Positions 52,388-61,135 of a stretch of 64,000 nt of DNA are shown piece by piece. Each line of letters starts with the position of its first letter. The first letter of the stretch is position 1. The stretch lies in sequence record SRR31156797_3598; one strand, 5' to 3'. The translations under genes were made by a program, and so were the position numbers. The notes below the pieces were generated by a model that saw only the letters and a list, made by a program, of their open reading frames with translations, was not told where the DNA came from and ran no database searches.

Positions 52388-53240
52388 TTATTCCAATATT
52401 TGGCAGAACAATACCTGCTATCAGAAGAACTACTCCGAATATTTGAAAGATAACAATATTTTCGCTTAAAAGCACTCCGGCTAATACTAATGTGATCGCT
52501 GGTTCAATCGAGCTGAACAGAGATACATATGTAGCCCCTATGAGGTCTATGGCTATGTATAACGTCAATATTGCTATCGCAGAAGGGATTATGCCCAGAG
52601 CGATAGCTACGGTGAGCTGAGGAGCTGTGAGGGACATTATGCTCATCCCGCCATTTGCGACAACATACCCGAGCCCTGTGAATAGAGACATATATAATGC
52701 TACCGTTCCCGGTCTATCATTTTTCAGTACAACCTGGCTTAGTGTCAGATAGGTTCCGAAAGTCAACGGTGCAGCAAGCCCGAATAGGATACCTGTAATA
52801 TTCAGCTCACGCAGGAAAGCATCGTAGAAGACAAGACAACAGCCGAGAAGTATCAGTATAACCGAGACGAGGGACGCCATGCGGAACTTAATTTTGAGGA
52901 ATATGGTCGATTCAATCAGGACGACCAGAGGGTAAAGATAGAGCAGAAGTGCTGTTGTCGATGCTGGAACATACTGCACCGACTTGAAAAAGAAATAACT
53001 CTGCATCATGTAAAGACCTATGCCCAGACCAGCACATTTCAGAAGTAGAGATATATTAGGCATCAAAGCCTTTCGTCTGAAAATAGTGAACAGAACGGCG
53101 AGTGTTAAAGCTCCGAACATGAACCTGTAGGTGAGCATATTTACTGCATCCAGCCCGTTGTTGTAACCTAGCCTCGCCAATACTGGCAGAGTTGCATATG
53201 CAGAAGCAGAAATTAACGAGAGCAGTATCCCTTTTGTCAT
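52368..53240 (-). CDS. EamA/DMT family transporter
   Basis: 10 TMs, LLYLYP, SSIEP. Confidence 0.9.
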   Translation of the reverse strand: MTKGILLSLISASAYATLPVLARLGYNNGLDAVNMLTYRFMFGALTLAVLFTIFRRKALMPNISLLLKCAGLGIGLYMMQSYFFFKSVQYVPASTTALLLYLYPLVVLIESTIFLKIKFRMASLVSVILILLGCCLVFYDAFLRELNITGILFGLAAPLTFGTYLTLSQVVLKNDRPGTVALYMSLFTGLGYVVANGGMSIMSLTAPQLTVAIALGIIPSAIAILTLYIAIDLIGATYVSLFSSIEPAITLVLAGVLLSENIVIFQIFGVVLLIAGIVLPNIGIIKKGSI

Positions 53241-53299
53241 AGCATCACCTTGTTTAGCAGAACTAAATATTTAAGGGTGTTTAGGTGATATGTCAAACG

Positions 53300-53324
53300 A
53301 AAAAGTGCCGGCGAAAACCGGCAC
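53300..53324 (-). terminator. Orphan minus-strand intrinsic terminator
   Basis: Minus strand GTGCCGG-TTTTCG-CCGGCAC-TTTTT. Confidence 0.65.
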
Positions 53325-53469
53325 AACGCAAAATAAAATAGGGGGTTATCATTAAAAGGGAGTAATGTTCTAATCGAAATTAAATGAATGATAAAGTATA
53401 GTTGTCACAGAGATAAGTGCGATATATGAAAAAAATGTATAAAGAACGTACTTTTTTTAATTAATGCAC

Positions 53470-53498
53470 TTGACATTTTTTTTTCACTCGGATATACA
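53470..53498 (+). promoter_or_regulatory. Sigma70 promoter of tRNA-Pro
   Basis: TTGACA-N17-TATACA. Confidence 0.65.
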
Positions 53499-53511
53499 TG
53501 TATCTCTTGTT

Positions 53512-53585
53512 CGGGGTGTAGCGCAGGTTGGTAGCGCACCTGTCTTGGGAACAGGGGGTCGAAGGTTCAAATCCTTTCACCCCGA
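53512..53585 (+). tRNA. tRNA-Pro (anticodon TGG)
   Basis: Cloverleaf: CGGGGTG/CACCCCG acceptor, GCGC D-stem, CCTGT-CTTGGGA-ACAGG, TTCAAAT T-loop; CCA not encoded. Confidence 0.97.
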
Positions 53586-53605
53586 TATATAGGATTCTTT
53601 ACCAG

Positions 53606-53631
53606 AGCGGCCTCCCAAGGGTCGCTTTTTT
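53606..53631 (+). terminator. tRNA terminator
   Basis: AGCGGCC...GGTCGCT followed by a T tract. Confidence 0.75.
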
Positions 53632-53870
53632 ATTTGGTGCATTTCTGGTGCAAAACTTCCAATTTTCTACATTTTTCAGATTCGTAATTAATGAGGACAT
53701 ATACTTTTTGGTACGTGTTCCCATTGTTTTAATTGCTGTATTTGGAGCGGTGAGTTTTACTGTTTTAGCTTTTGCATGTTGTGTAGTATTTACAGTTTAT
53801 AGCATTTGTGTTAATCTTGTATTCATATTTAATATTGGATTCAAATTCTGTATTTAAAGGCTGAAAAAAT

Positions 53871-54455
53871 ATGATGAAATCAACGGATGTAAATAATATT
53901 TATAATACTATTGGTCTCACAGTTACTCAGTTAAAAATGAGTAATGGTAATGGGTGTGTTGAGGCTGATTTTTTACTGGAGCAAAATGGTCAATGTGTTG
54001 TAGGGAGAAAAGTTGAAAGGAGGTATCACCCATCTAAACAACTATACAACCAAAATAGAAGTGGTAAAGTAGTAGATCATTGCTATTTATTTTTAAGTAC
54101 CAATAATAAGTGTAATGGTTTAGGTAAATCCATCCATAATAGTGAATACGCCTATTATAAGTCTAAAGAGTTTAATGAAATTCACACAGAAGCAGCGTAT
54201 GATGGCATAACATTTTGGCCAAGAATGAACTTTAACTATGTTCATGCAGCTGATGAGAAAATAATTAAAGATAAATTGAGAGTATTTTTATATACTGTGA
54301 AAGGCATGAAAATGGGTGAAATTAGTACTATACTTAAAGCAAACATAAAAGACATTGATCCGAAATACTTTAAGCATGGCAGTAAAAGTTTTTCTGATAT
54401 GTTTGTTGTTGGGAAGATGTTACATGCATTTAGAATGTATAGGGTGATATCATGA
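53871..54455 (+). CDS. Hypothetical GNAT-fold acetyltransferase-like protein
   Basis: YLFLSTNNKCNGLGKSI (motif A-like), IHTEA..GITFWPRMNF (motif B-like). Confidence 0.6.
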   Translation: MMKSTDVNNIYNTIGLTVTQLKMSNGNGCVEADFLLEQNGQCVVGRKVERRYHPSKQLYNQNRSGKVVDHCYLFLSTNNKCNGLGKSIHNSEYAYYKSKEFNEIHTEAAYDGITFWPRMNFNYVHAADEKIIKDKLRVFLYTVKGMKMGEISTILKANIKDIDPKYFKHGSKSFSDMFVVGKMLHAFRMYRVIS

Positions 54456-55423
54456 GTGCAAAATGGTACAGCTACACAAGAAGTATGCAAGATAAAGGCG
54501 GTAATGAGGTCATTATCTTTCATGCTATTTTTGCAAACAGTGTGGCTTATGAAATTAAGAAAGATAGTATGGGACTTTTCGAAGATGTTTTTGTTGATAT
54601 TATTAAAGGTAGATTTGTTGCGCGTTTGATGGACGTGCAAAATTCAAAAGTACAGGAAAAACATATTACGAATACCAACCTTGTAGGAGACCCTGATTCA
54701 ATAAAAAATCTTAAAGAGTACACTGCACTTGGTTTAGATATGTACATTAAACAAGATATCAAAGATGCCGTGTTTAATGACTTGATAGCTTTTCATCTTG
54801 AAGGACCATCTTTGAATATGGAACTAGGAATGAAACCTATGAGCCATCAGAAGGCAATAAATTCATTTCAGGGAGTAGTTAACACTTGTACTGAAAATGG
54901 ACGTAATGATAGCTTTATTGATGTTAGACAATTTCAAAAAACAGGAAGTGTGGTATTTGAAACTCAAAGTTTAGGTTGCGATCAATCCCGTGTTGGTACG
55001 CTTATTTTGGCAATTGAGGATATTCAAAACGAAACTGTTAATTTTCAATGTGATGATGATATATATAAAGATTATATTAAGTATTTGTCCGACTTGCATA
55101 AAATTAGCAGATTAGAGAATATTGAGATTTTTGTATTAGGAAGACCATACATTATTGAAAATAGCCATTATTTATCAGTAGTTAATAGTGCAATTTTCAG
55201 AAAACAAGTTAATAAAACAGGTATTATTAAATATATAAATAAAGAGAGTGATTATTTTAAACTGCAAACAGAAGATGGCGAATTTAGTATTCGTTACGGT
55301 GATTATGAATTTAAGGACAGTTTACTAAAACAACTTAAAAGTATTGAGGCGAATGAACAAGAGGTAGAAATTAGAGGGCTTGCAACTAAAAAGAAAACAG
55401 TTATCTTCTACGATTTTGTTTAA
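54452..55423 (+). CDS. Hypothetical protein, translationally coupled to the upstream gene
   Basis: ATGA overlap, 323 aa. Confidence 0.8.
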   Translation: MSAKWYSYTRSMQDKGGNEVIIFHAIFANSVAYEIKKDSMGLFEDVFVDIIKGRFVARLMDVQNSKVQEKHITNTNLVGDPDSIKNLKEYTALGLDMYIKQDIKDAVFNDLIAFHLEGPSLNMELGMKPMSHQKAINSFQGVVNTCTENGRNDSFIDVRQFQKTGSVVFETQSLGCDQSRVGTLILAIEDIQNETVNFQCDDDIYKDYIKYLSDLHKISRLENIEIFVLGRPYIIENSHYLSVVNSAIFRKQVNKTGIIKYINKESDYFKLQTEDGEFSIRYGDYEFKDSLLKQLKSIEANEQEVEIRGLATKKKTVIFYDFV

Positions 55424-55519
55424 ATTTTTGGTGCAGACTAATGTGTTTTGATATGTGTCGTTAGATAACGACTACTGAGAATAAAAGGGTTTTAGAGTTA
55501 TTGAAAATTAATCAATAGA

Positions 55520-55542
55520 GTTTAAATCCTTTCACTCAGATA
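55520..55542 (+). repeat. Degenerate direct repeat of the tRNA-Pro 3' end (att-like)
   Basis: GTTTAAATCCTTTCACTCAGATA vs GTTCAAATCCTTTCACCCCGATA (53565-53587), 20/23 identical. Confidence 0.8.
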
Positions 55543-55558
55543 AGTAAGATTCAACTGT

Positions 55559-55586
55559 GGCTAGCCTCCAAAGGGCTAGCCTTTTT
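55559..55586 (+). terminator. Terminator related to the tRNA terminator
   Basis: GGCTAGCC-TCCAAAG-GGCTAGCC followed by a T tract; shares a GCCTCC(C/A)AAGGG core with 53610-53621. Confidence 0.7.
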
Positions 55587-55589
55587 AAT

Positions 55590-56804
55590 TTAGCTACCCA
55601 AATATATTGGCACAGCGTAAAGCTTAGTTCCGGCATGTTCGCCAAAACTGAGGACTTTATTGCCGTTGTACATAATGTAGCCTGTTTTCAGCAGTCCTTT
55701 TGTCGATTCTGCAAAATATTTGATATGTTTGAAATCGGACATCGTTACTGTTTTCGCACTTTTTATCTCTATGGCAGTCAGTGAGTTTCCGTTATCAAGT
55801 ATAAAGTCAATCTCCTTACCATCTGATGTACGGTAAAAGCTGATCTCAACTTTGTTTTTTGCATATGTATTGGCTTTTAATAGCTCTGAATAAACAAATG
55901 ACTCGTATAGCATGCCTTTATACTCAGAGTTCATTAGCTGTTCAGTCTCGGTTATTCTGAGCAGATGGCAGAGTATACCAGTATCACAAAGGTAGACTTT
56001 CGGTGTTTTGGTGAGGCGTTTTAGCTCATTTCTAAAATATGGCGTAAGGAAATCTATCTGATATGTGTTTTTAAGCAGAGACAAGTAGTTATCCAGAGTT
56101 TTGTTATCGATACCCGTTTCTTTCGAAATATCTGCTTTGTTAGTCAGGTTTGCACTTCTAAAAGCCAAGCTCTTATATAAACGCATAAAGCTGTCCAGAT
56201 TTCGTATATCGCCCAAATCTCTTGCATCTCTTTCAATGTAGGTTGATATATATGAACTGAACCAGAGATAGAGTATTTTTTGCTCTTCTATGGTTTGCAC
56301 CTCTGGGAAGCCGCCATTAATAACATGTTTTGGGAAATCAATTTCTTTGATCTCCGAAGGTAGTTTATCTGAAAGAAGAAGATCAATGAGATTTGTGTCC
56401 TTTTCATAGCACTCTGCAAGATTAAAAGGGTAGAGGTCAATGATTCCTATTCTGCCTGCCAGAGAGTCTGAAATCTCTTTAAAACCCTGTAGGTTTGATG
56501 AACCAGTGAGTATAAATGTGCCCGCTGTCCTGTCGTTATCAATATGCTCTTTAATTGCGACAAATATTTCAGGAACTTTCTGTACCTCGTCTATTACTAC
56601 AGGCTTTTTAAGGGACATGATAAAGCTTTTAGGGTCGGCTTTGGCACTCTCATATGTTGTTATATCATCGAATGTTACGTAGCTATCAATTCCTAAATCC
56701 ATTGCAAGCGTAGATTTACCTACTTGTCTTGCTCCTGTAATCAGAATTGACGGAAAATGTTTGATATACATGAGTATATCTTTCTTTAGTACCCTCTTTA
56801 TCAT
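55590..56804 (-). CDS. AAA_14 ATPase with DUF4143 nuclease-like domain
   Basis: GARQVGKST, IDEVQK, TGSS, SLAGR, GGFPE, EIDFI..IEIK. Confidence 0.9.
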   Translation of the reverse strand: MIKRVLKKDILMYIKHFPSILITGARQVGKSTLAMDLGIDSYVTFDDITTYESAKADPKSFIMSLKKPVVIDEVQKVPEIFVAIKEHIDNDRTAGTFILTGSSNLQGFKEISDSLAGRIGIIDLYPFNLAECYEKDTNLIDLLLSDKLPSEIKEIDFPKHVINGGFPEVQTIEEQKILYLWFSSYISTYIERDARDLGDIRNLDSFMRLYKSLAFRSANLTNKADISKETGIDNKTLDNYLSLLKNTYQIDFLTPYFRNELKRLTKTPKVYLCDTGILCHLLRITETEQLMNSEYKGMLYESFVYSELLKANTYAKNKVEISFYRTSDGKEIDFILDNGNSLTAIEIKSAKTVTMSDFKHIKYFAESTKGLLKTGYIMYNGNKVLSFGEHAGTKLYAVPIYLGS

Positions 56805-56909
56805 TTTGTGCTCCTGTAAAATATAGGAGTATAGTACCATTATTTTCAGTAGCGCGATACTGTAATCTACAGAATAGCAGTAATTGATGCTATTCGTTAT
56901 AGTATAATT

Positions 56910-58073
56910 TTATTTAACTTGTTGTTTTGGCTTGGTTTTATCAGCAAAGAGTTTACCGCCTTTCCTGCCAACTGTTTTGTCAATTCTATTACCATATCTT
57001 CTTAGAATCATATCCAGAGTTTTATGACCTAGCATCTTTTTAACCCAGTTGATGTTTTCGCCTAAATCAAGCATTAAACAGGCAAAAGTATGACGAGTTT
57101 GATAAAGGGTGCGATATTTGAGACCGAGAGTTTTTAGGCACGGCTTCCAATATGTTTTTATAATGTTGTCAGTCTTATTAAAAGGTTTATTTTCATATGT
57201 CAGAAACATCCAATCTGACTTCATATAAGTGAATTGTTTATGAAATGCTAAGTATTCGTCTAGTTCTGTTATTATGTCGATTGTACGGCTGTCTGTTGTC
57301 TTGGTGCGTTGCTTTACCTTACCAGCGGTAATAGTTCTGCTTATCTTAATCGTGTGATTGTTAAAGTCGATATCACCCCACTGCAAGCCCATGATCTCAC
57401 CTGTTCTCATGCCTGTGAAAAAAGCTATTGCAAAGAATGCCAGCATATTTGGATGGTGACTTTTCATCCAGTTGAGAATCATTGTTATCTCTTCTAATGA
57501 AAAAGGTTCAACTTCAACAGAGGAGAGATGAGGAAGTCTTACAGATGTACATGGGTTCTTTAGAATCAGATCATCTTCCACAGCGGCGGATAGTATCGAT
57601 GATAGAACGCCAACATGATTTTTCAGTGTCTTTGCTGAGACTTCAGAGTTTTTAATGTAGGTTCTGATATGAGCAGGCTTGATATCGCAGATGGACATGT
57701 TTTCAAATATGCCTAGCAGGTTATTGATCGAAGACGTGTAGGTTTTAAATGTTGCATGACTGAAGACGGTTTTTTGTGAATCCAGCCAAAGAATAGCATA
57801 AGTTCCAAAGCTGACTTGTGGTGAACTGTCAGCCATAGGTAATGTTTTAGCAACTCTAGATTCTGGAAAGTAATCTGCATATTTAAACGTCTTATCGTCT
57901 ATCTTGCATTCTATTTCATGTAGCCATCCTGTAGTTGATTTACACTGTCTGCATTTGCATCCAGTCTTACCTGTCTCACAAAAGAAGGGAGTCTTTTCAT
58001 GTCTGCGTACTCCCAGATATTGAAAGTAAACGTATAACCTGTTTTTCTTGCCTCTGGAGTGAATTGTACCCAT
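56910..58073 (-). CDS. int: Tyrosine integrase with DUF3596-like arm-binding N-terminus
   Basis: TGMRTGE, YQTRHT, MLGH, RRY catalytic Tyr; FKYADYFPES. Confidence 0.92.
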   Translation of the reverse strand: MGTIHSRGKKNRLYVYFQYLGVRRHEKTPFFCETGKTGCKCRQCKSTTGWLHEIECKIDDKTFKYADYFPESRVAKTLPMADSSPQVSFGTYAILWLDSQKTVFSHATFKTYTSSINNLLGIFENMSICDIKPAHIRTYIKNSEVSAKTLKNHVGVLSSILSAAVEDDLILKNPCTSVRLPHLSSVEVEPFSLEEITMILNWMKSHHPNMLAFFAIAFFTGMRTGEIMGLQWGDIDFNNHTIKISRTITAGKVKQRTKTTDSRTIDIITELDEYLAFHKQFTYMKSDWMFLTYENKPFNKTDNIIKTYWKPCLKTLGLKYRTLYQTRHTFACLMLDLGENINWVKKMLGHKTLDMILRRYGNRIDKTVGRKGGKLFADKTKPKQQVK

Positions 58074-58082
58074 CGTTGCCTC

Positions 58083-58319
58083 CTATTGATTTGCAAGTTT
58101 TGGAGCGAAATCTTTTTTGATCTGTGGATAGTAGAAACGAAGGATTCGTTTTTCTCTGATGTAGTGTACTTCCTCTTTAAACTTCATGGTTTTGACAAAA
58201 TTATCGATTGTTTGAGTGCTTACACAAAGCTCTTCAGCAAGCCTTTTTTTATCCATGAAATCAGGTTTAGAAGCTTCGTAAAATTCATTAACGATGATGT
58301 TTCTTTCTTTGTTTTCCAT
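58083..58319 (-). CDS. Excisionase-like HTH protein
   Basis: 78 aa, MDKKRLAEELCVSTQTIDN...EEVHY, directly upstream of int. Confidence 0.65.
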   Translation of the reverse strand: MENKERNIIVNEFYEASKPDFMDKKRLAEELCVSTQTIDNFVKTMKFKEEVHYIREKRILRFYYPQIKKDFAPKLANQ

Positions 58320-58323
58320 TAGA

Positions 58324-59271
58324 TCACCTGTATATGAGTTCAGTAAAGTTGATAAGTGTGGTTGTAAAGCTAAGGCTGGAGCTTTCGAAGAATTCAAAAA
58401 TTTCCTGATCAGTCAAACCTAGCTCTTTTGCATCCTGAATCAACTTAAGAAGTTGGCTTTTTTGAGATTCAATAGCATCGGCACTGTTCTCGTATATGCT
58501 TAAAGCAATTTGGTCATCACAGAATTTTCTATCAAACTCGTTAAGGCTCATTTCAAGTTGATTTATCATAAGTGTAGATTCAATTGTTTCAGGCTTAAGT
58601 AGATACATGAAGGTAGGGCGAAAACCGTTATGTTTCTGACCAGTAAGGTGTTTATCGATTAAGCAAGTTTTGAAATATGCTGATGGTGTCGTTTGCTTAA
58701 TATCCAGAGTTGAAATTGCTAAACATACAGCCTCTATTGAACTCTTGCTGACCGTTTCGAAGTTTACATATCCAAACAAATCACCGCAGGTGGCGTTATA
58801 TGTAACTAAGAATTCTTGAATAGTATCATCATCAGCTTTTTTAGAATTATTCAATTTATTATTATTCTTATTATAGTGCTTGTCATTATCCAGTCGATTT
58901 GCGGTTTGAATAGCAGTTTTTATAACTTCAAGCGTAGGCTGAAATTTGTCATAATTGCAGATAGTTATGATGGTTTTTTTGTTGTCGGATTCCTTGTTGA
59001 TCATGTGGTCATTTTGTAGTTTTTCAAAAAAGGTGCGTAAACGTGATTTTTTCCATCCGAAATCTTTCATAAGAGTACTTTCAGTTGTGACCAATTGACC
59101 CCGTTTAAGCTTTATCTGTTGATGCGGGTAACTTGCATATCCTTCCTGGTAATTTGTGATAAATAGCAAATGAAACCAAGCTTGGCCATATGCAAAAGGC
59201 TTATCTTCCCACAGCCAGTGATTCATAACACTTCTGAAGGCTGATATCCATCCGTTGAGAAAGTATTTCAT
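58324..59271 (-). CDS. Phage-type replication initiator/replisome organizer-like protein
   Basis: GWISAFRSVMNHWLWEDKPF...LKRGQLVT...TIITICNYDKFQ N-terminus, followed by an N/K-rich linker. Confidence 0.7.
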   Translation of the reverse strand: MKYFLNGWISAFRSVMNHWLWEDKPFAYGQAWFHLLFITNYQEGYASYPHQQIKLKRGQLVTTESTLMKDFGWKKSRLRTFFEKLQNDHMINKESDNKKTIITICNYDKFQPTLEVIKTAIQTANRLDNDKHYNKNNNKLNNSKKADDDTIQEFLVTYNATCGDLFGYVNFETVSKSSIEAVCLAISTLDIKQTTPSAYFKTCLIDKHLTGQKHNGFRPTFMYLLKPETIESTLMINQLEMSLNEFDRKFCDDQIALSIYENSADAIESQKSQLLKLIQDAKELGLTDQEIFEFFESSSLSFTTTLINFTELIYR

Positions 59272-59429
59272 ATATGCCTCAAATTATATTTTCTAATTCG
59301 AGGCTAGCTTAAGAGAAAAATGTGGTCAAGTCTTTATTTGAACTTTTTTAGGTAATGTATACTGTCAGCAAGTTTTTTAAAGTACTTTAAAAAGAGTTAT
59401 TAGTTCATATTTCTAAAATGCCTTAAAGG

Positions 59430-59954
59430 TTACGGTATGTGTTTATTAACAAATTGATGTAGAATATCTTGAATCTTAGCGAACTCTTCAAGCTTTCTTT
59501 TTAGGATTATGTTTTCTCTGTATAGCTCTATTGATTTTTGCATTTGCCTTGTTGGAGAGTTTTGAGAGGCAGACTTTTTTATAGCTGAGATACTATATCC
59601 TAATATCTCACTTAAGTCCTCATAGGTCATTTCCATTTCCTTGCAAAAATCTTTGATAACATTCTCTGGTGGAGAAGAGATTTCTGTTTCAAACAGGTCA
59701 CCTGTAAGGTAGCTTGATATGAACTCTTTTCTTTTTTCAATTGCGTATTCTTTGAGGTTGTTTTTGTGTTTAGAAAAGAAATCGTCAGCTTTTGTAGCAA
59801 GTTCGTTAATTTCATTTTTGGATAAGCTTTGATTGTTTAAAAAAGAGCTTTGGTATAACTCTATTCCACCGCTTATTATTCTAATTTCGGTACTATTATA
59901 TTTCTCTTCATATAGCTCAGTTATGTGATTATTGATATTTTGATGTTTAGGCAT
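59430..59954 (-). CDS. XRE-like HTH protein with N-terminal extension
   Basis: MTYEDLSEILGYSISAIKK HTH followed by a coiled coil. Confidence 0.65.
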   Translation of the reverse strand: MPKHQNINNHITELYEEKYNSTEIRIISGGIELYQSSFLNNQSLSKNEINELATKADDFFSKHKNNLKEYAIEKRKEFISSYLTGDLFETEISSPPENVIKDFCKEMEMTYEDLSEILGYSISAIKKSASQNSPTRQMQKSIELYRENIILKRKLEEFAKIQDILHQFVNKHIP

Positions 59955-60273
59955 GATTTTTCTCCACTATTTTCGAAATATATCTATCGTGTAGTTCTCT
60001 GTCAAGTTTAATGTGTCAAATTTATACTTGTATGACTCTATGTGGTGTAAAATATGATTATTTGAACATGTTTAATCTAAATATACCTTTATAAGCCTAT
60101 ATAGCTTTCTAAAAAGAGCTATTAAACATTTACTTCTATAGTTCAAACTTATTATTTTTTTGAGCGTATAAAGGGTAGTATCGCAAGCACCCAATTACCA
60201 CAGACCATACGCAAGTCTTCACTTGTAAACTGTTTACGAAAGCTTATAAGTTATTAACTAGTAAGAATGTTTA

Positions 60274-60303
60274 TGTATACGTCAAGTATACCAGACGTAT
60301 ACA
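60274..60303. repeat. Perfect 10-bp inverted repeat (operator-like)
   Basis: TGTATACGTC-N10-GACGTATACA, with a third GTATAC in the spacer. Confidence 0.7.
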
Positions 60304-60382
60304 GTATGGTGTAACTAATTATTGTGATTGAGTTTATAACGAATACATGTTGTATACGCATTTTTTGTAGAATGTATACAAA

Positions 60383-60760
60383 TTATTGCTTCTTAAAAAC
60401 GGAGTAATCGTTGAACTTTCTATTGTCTTTAGTTTCGATTCTGACGTAGTAATTATAGACTGGTTCGTCCTTTTTAATTTTACAATTATACCTAAGTTGG
60501 AGCATGTTGAATTCACTGGTATCACATGACCTGACATAGACGTTTTTAGTACATTGTCCAGGCATTTTATTTGTGTAAAACAAACAGTCGTGTATTTCTG
60601 ATTTCATTGTTTCGTTATATTCGATAGAACTCTTTTTTATCCAGTTCCAAGCATCAGAAACAGGTCCACTTCCAGAGCTTCCATCGTTAAAACCTGCGAC
60701 AGCAGTTAGGCATCCTTTGAGAGTAAAAATAAGGAAGAGTAAGAGTATTAATCGTTTCAT
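60383..60760 (-). CDS. Hypothetical lipoprotein
   Basis: Signal peptide with LKGC lipobox, four further Cys. Confidence 0.65.
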   Translation of the reverse strand: MKRLILLLFLIFTLKGCLTAVAGFNDGSSGSGPVSDAWNWIKKSSIEYNETMKSEIHDCLFYTNKMPGQCTKNVYVRSCDTSEFNMLQLRYNCKIKKDEPVYNYYVRIETKDNRKFNDYSVFKKQ

Positions 60761-60811
60761 ATTGCACCTTTATGATTAGTCTAAAGAGGGTATTTGAAAG
60801 AAGTCGTGAAA

Positions 60812-61039
60812 TTAAAAGTTTCTATCATGTTTTCTTGAGAGATAGATAAGGTTTTGAGCATCTACTTCGTAAATAGGTCTGTTGTTGAAGTTGTCTAAGT
60901 AGATATCATGAGTATTGCTTGGTGTATTGGTGAGATTAATTGAATCAGTTTCTGGTATGTTTTTGTTACGCATTACAAGGTTAATGAAGTAAATGAGCAA
61001 TGCAATAAACGGGCTTGTTAAGATTATCCAAGAAATCAT
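60812..61039 (-). CDS. Small hypothetical membrane protein
   Basis: GAGGTG RBS, N-terminal TM. Confidence 0.5.
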   Translation of the reverse strand: MISWIILTSPFIALLIYFINLVMRNKNIPETDSINLTNTPSNTHDIYLDNFNNRPIYEVDAQNLIYLSRKHDRNF

Positions 61040-61135
61040 AAATACACCTCTTGTTATGAGGATAGCATTTTTGAAAAGTCTGTCAATGTGTTTGCCTCAA
61101 ATGCTAAAGCACATGGAAGCTCTTAGTTATGAAAA

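Noticed and set aside
53585-53590. Missing CCA as a sign of tRNA damage
   Set aside because: Many bacteria add CCA post-transcriptionally, and the cloverleaf is intact.
53590-53830. Minus-strand open stretch as an integrase remnant
   Set aside because: Interrupted by a stop codon and has no recombinase motifs.
53528-53857. 109-aa ORF in the track
   Set aside because: Starts inside tRNA-Pro and runs through its terminator.
55520-55542. Second tRNA gene
   Set aside because: Only the T-loop and acceptor 3' fragment is present; no D arm or anticodon arm.
57090-57110. Integrase YQTR instead of HxxR as inactivation
   Set aside because: This substitution is common in this integrase subfamily; the other catalytic residues are present.
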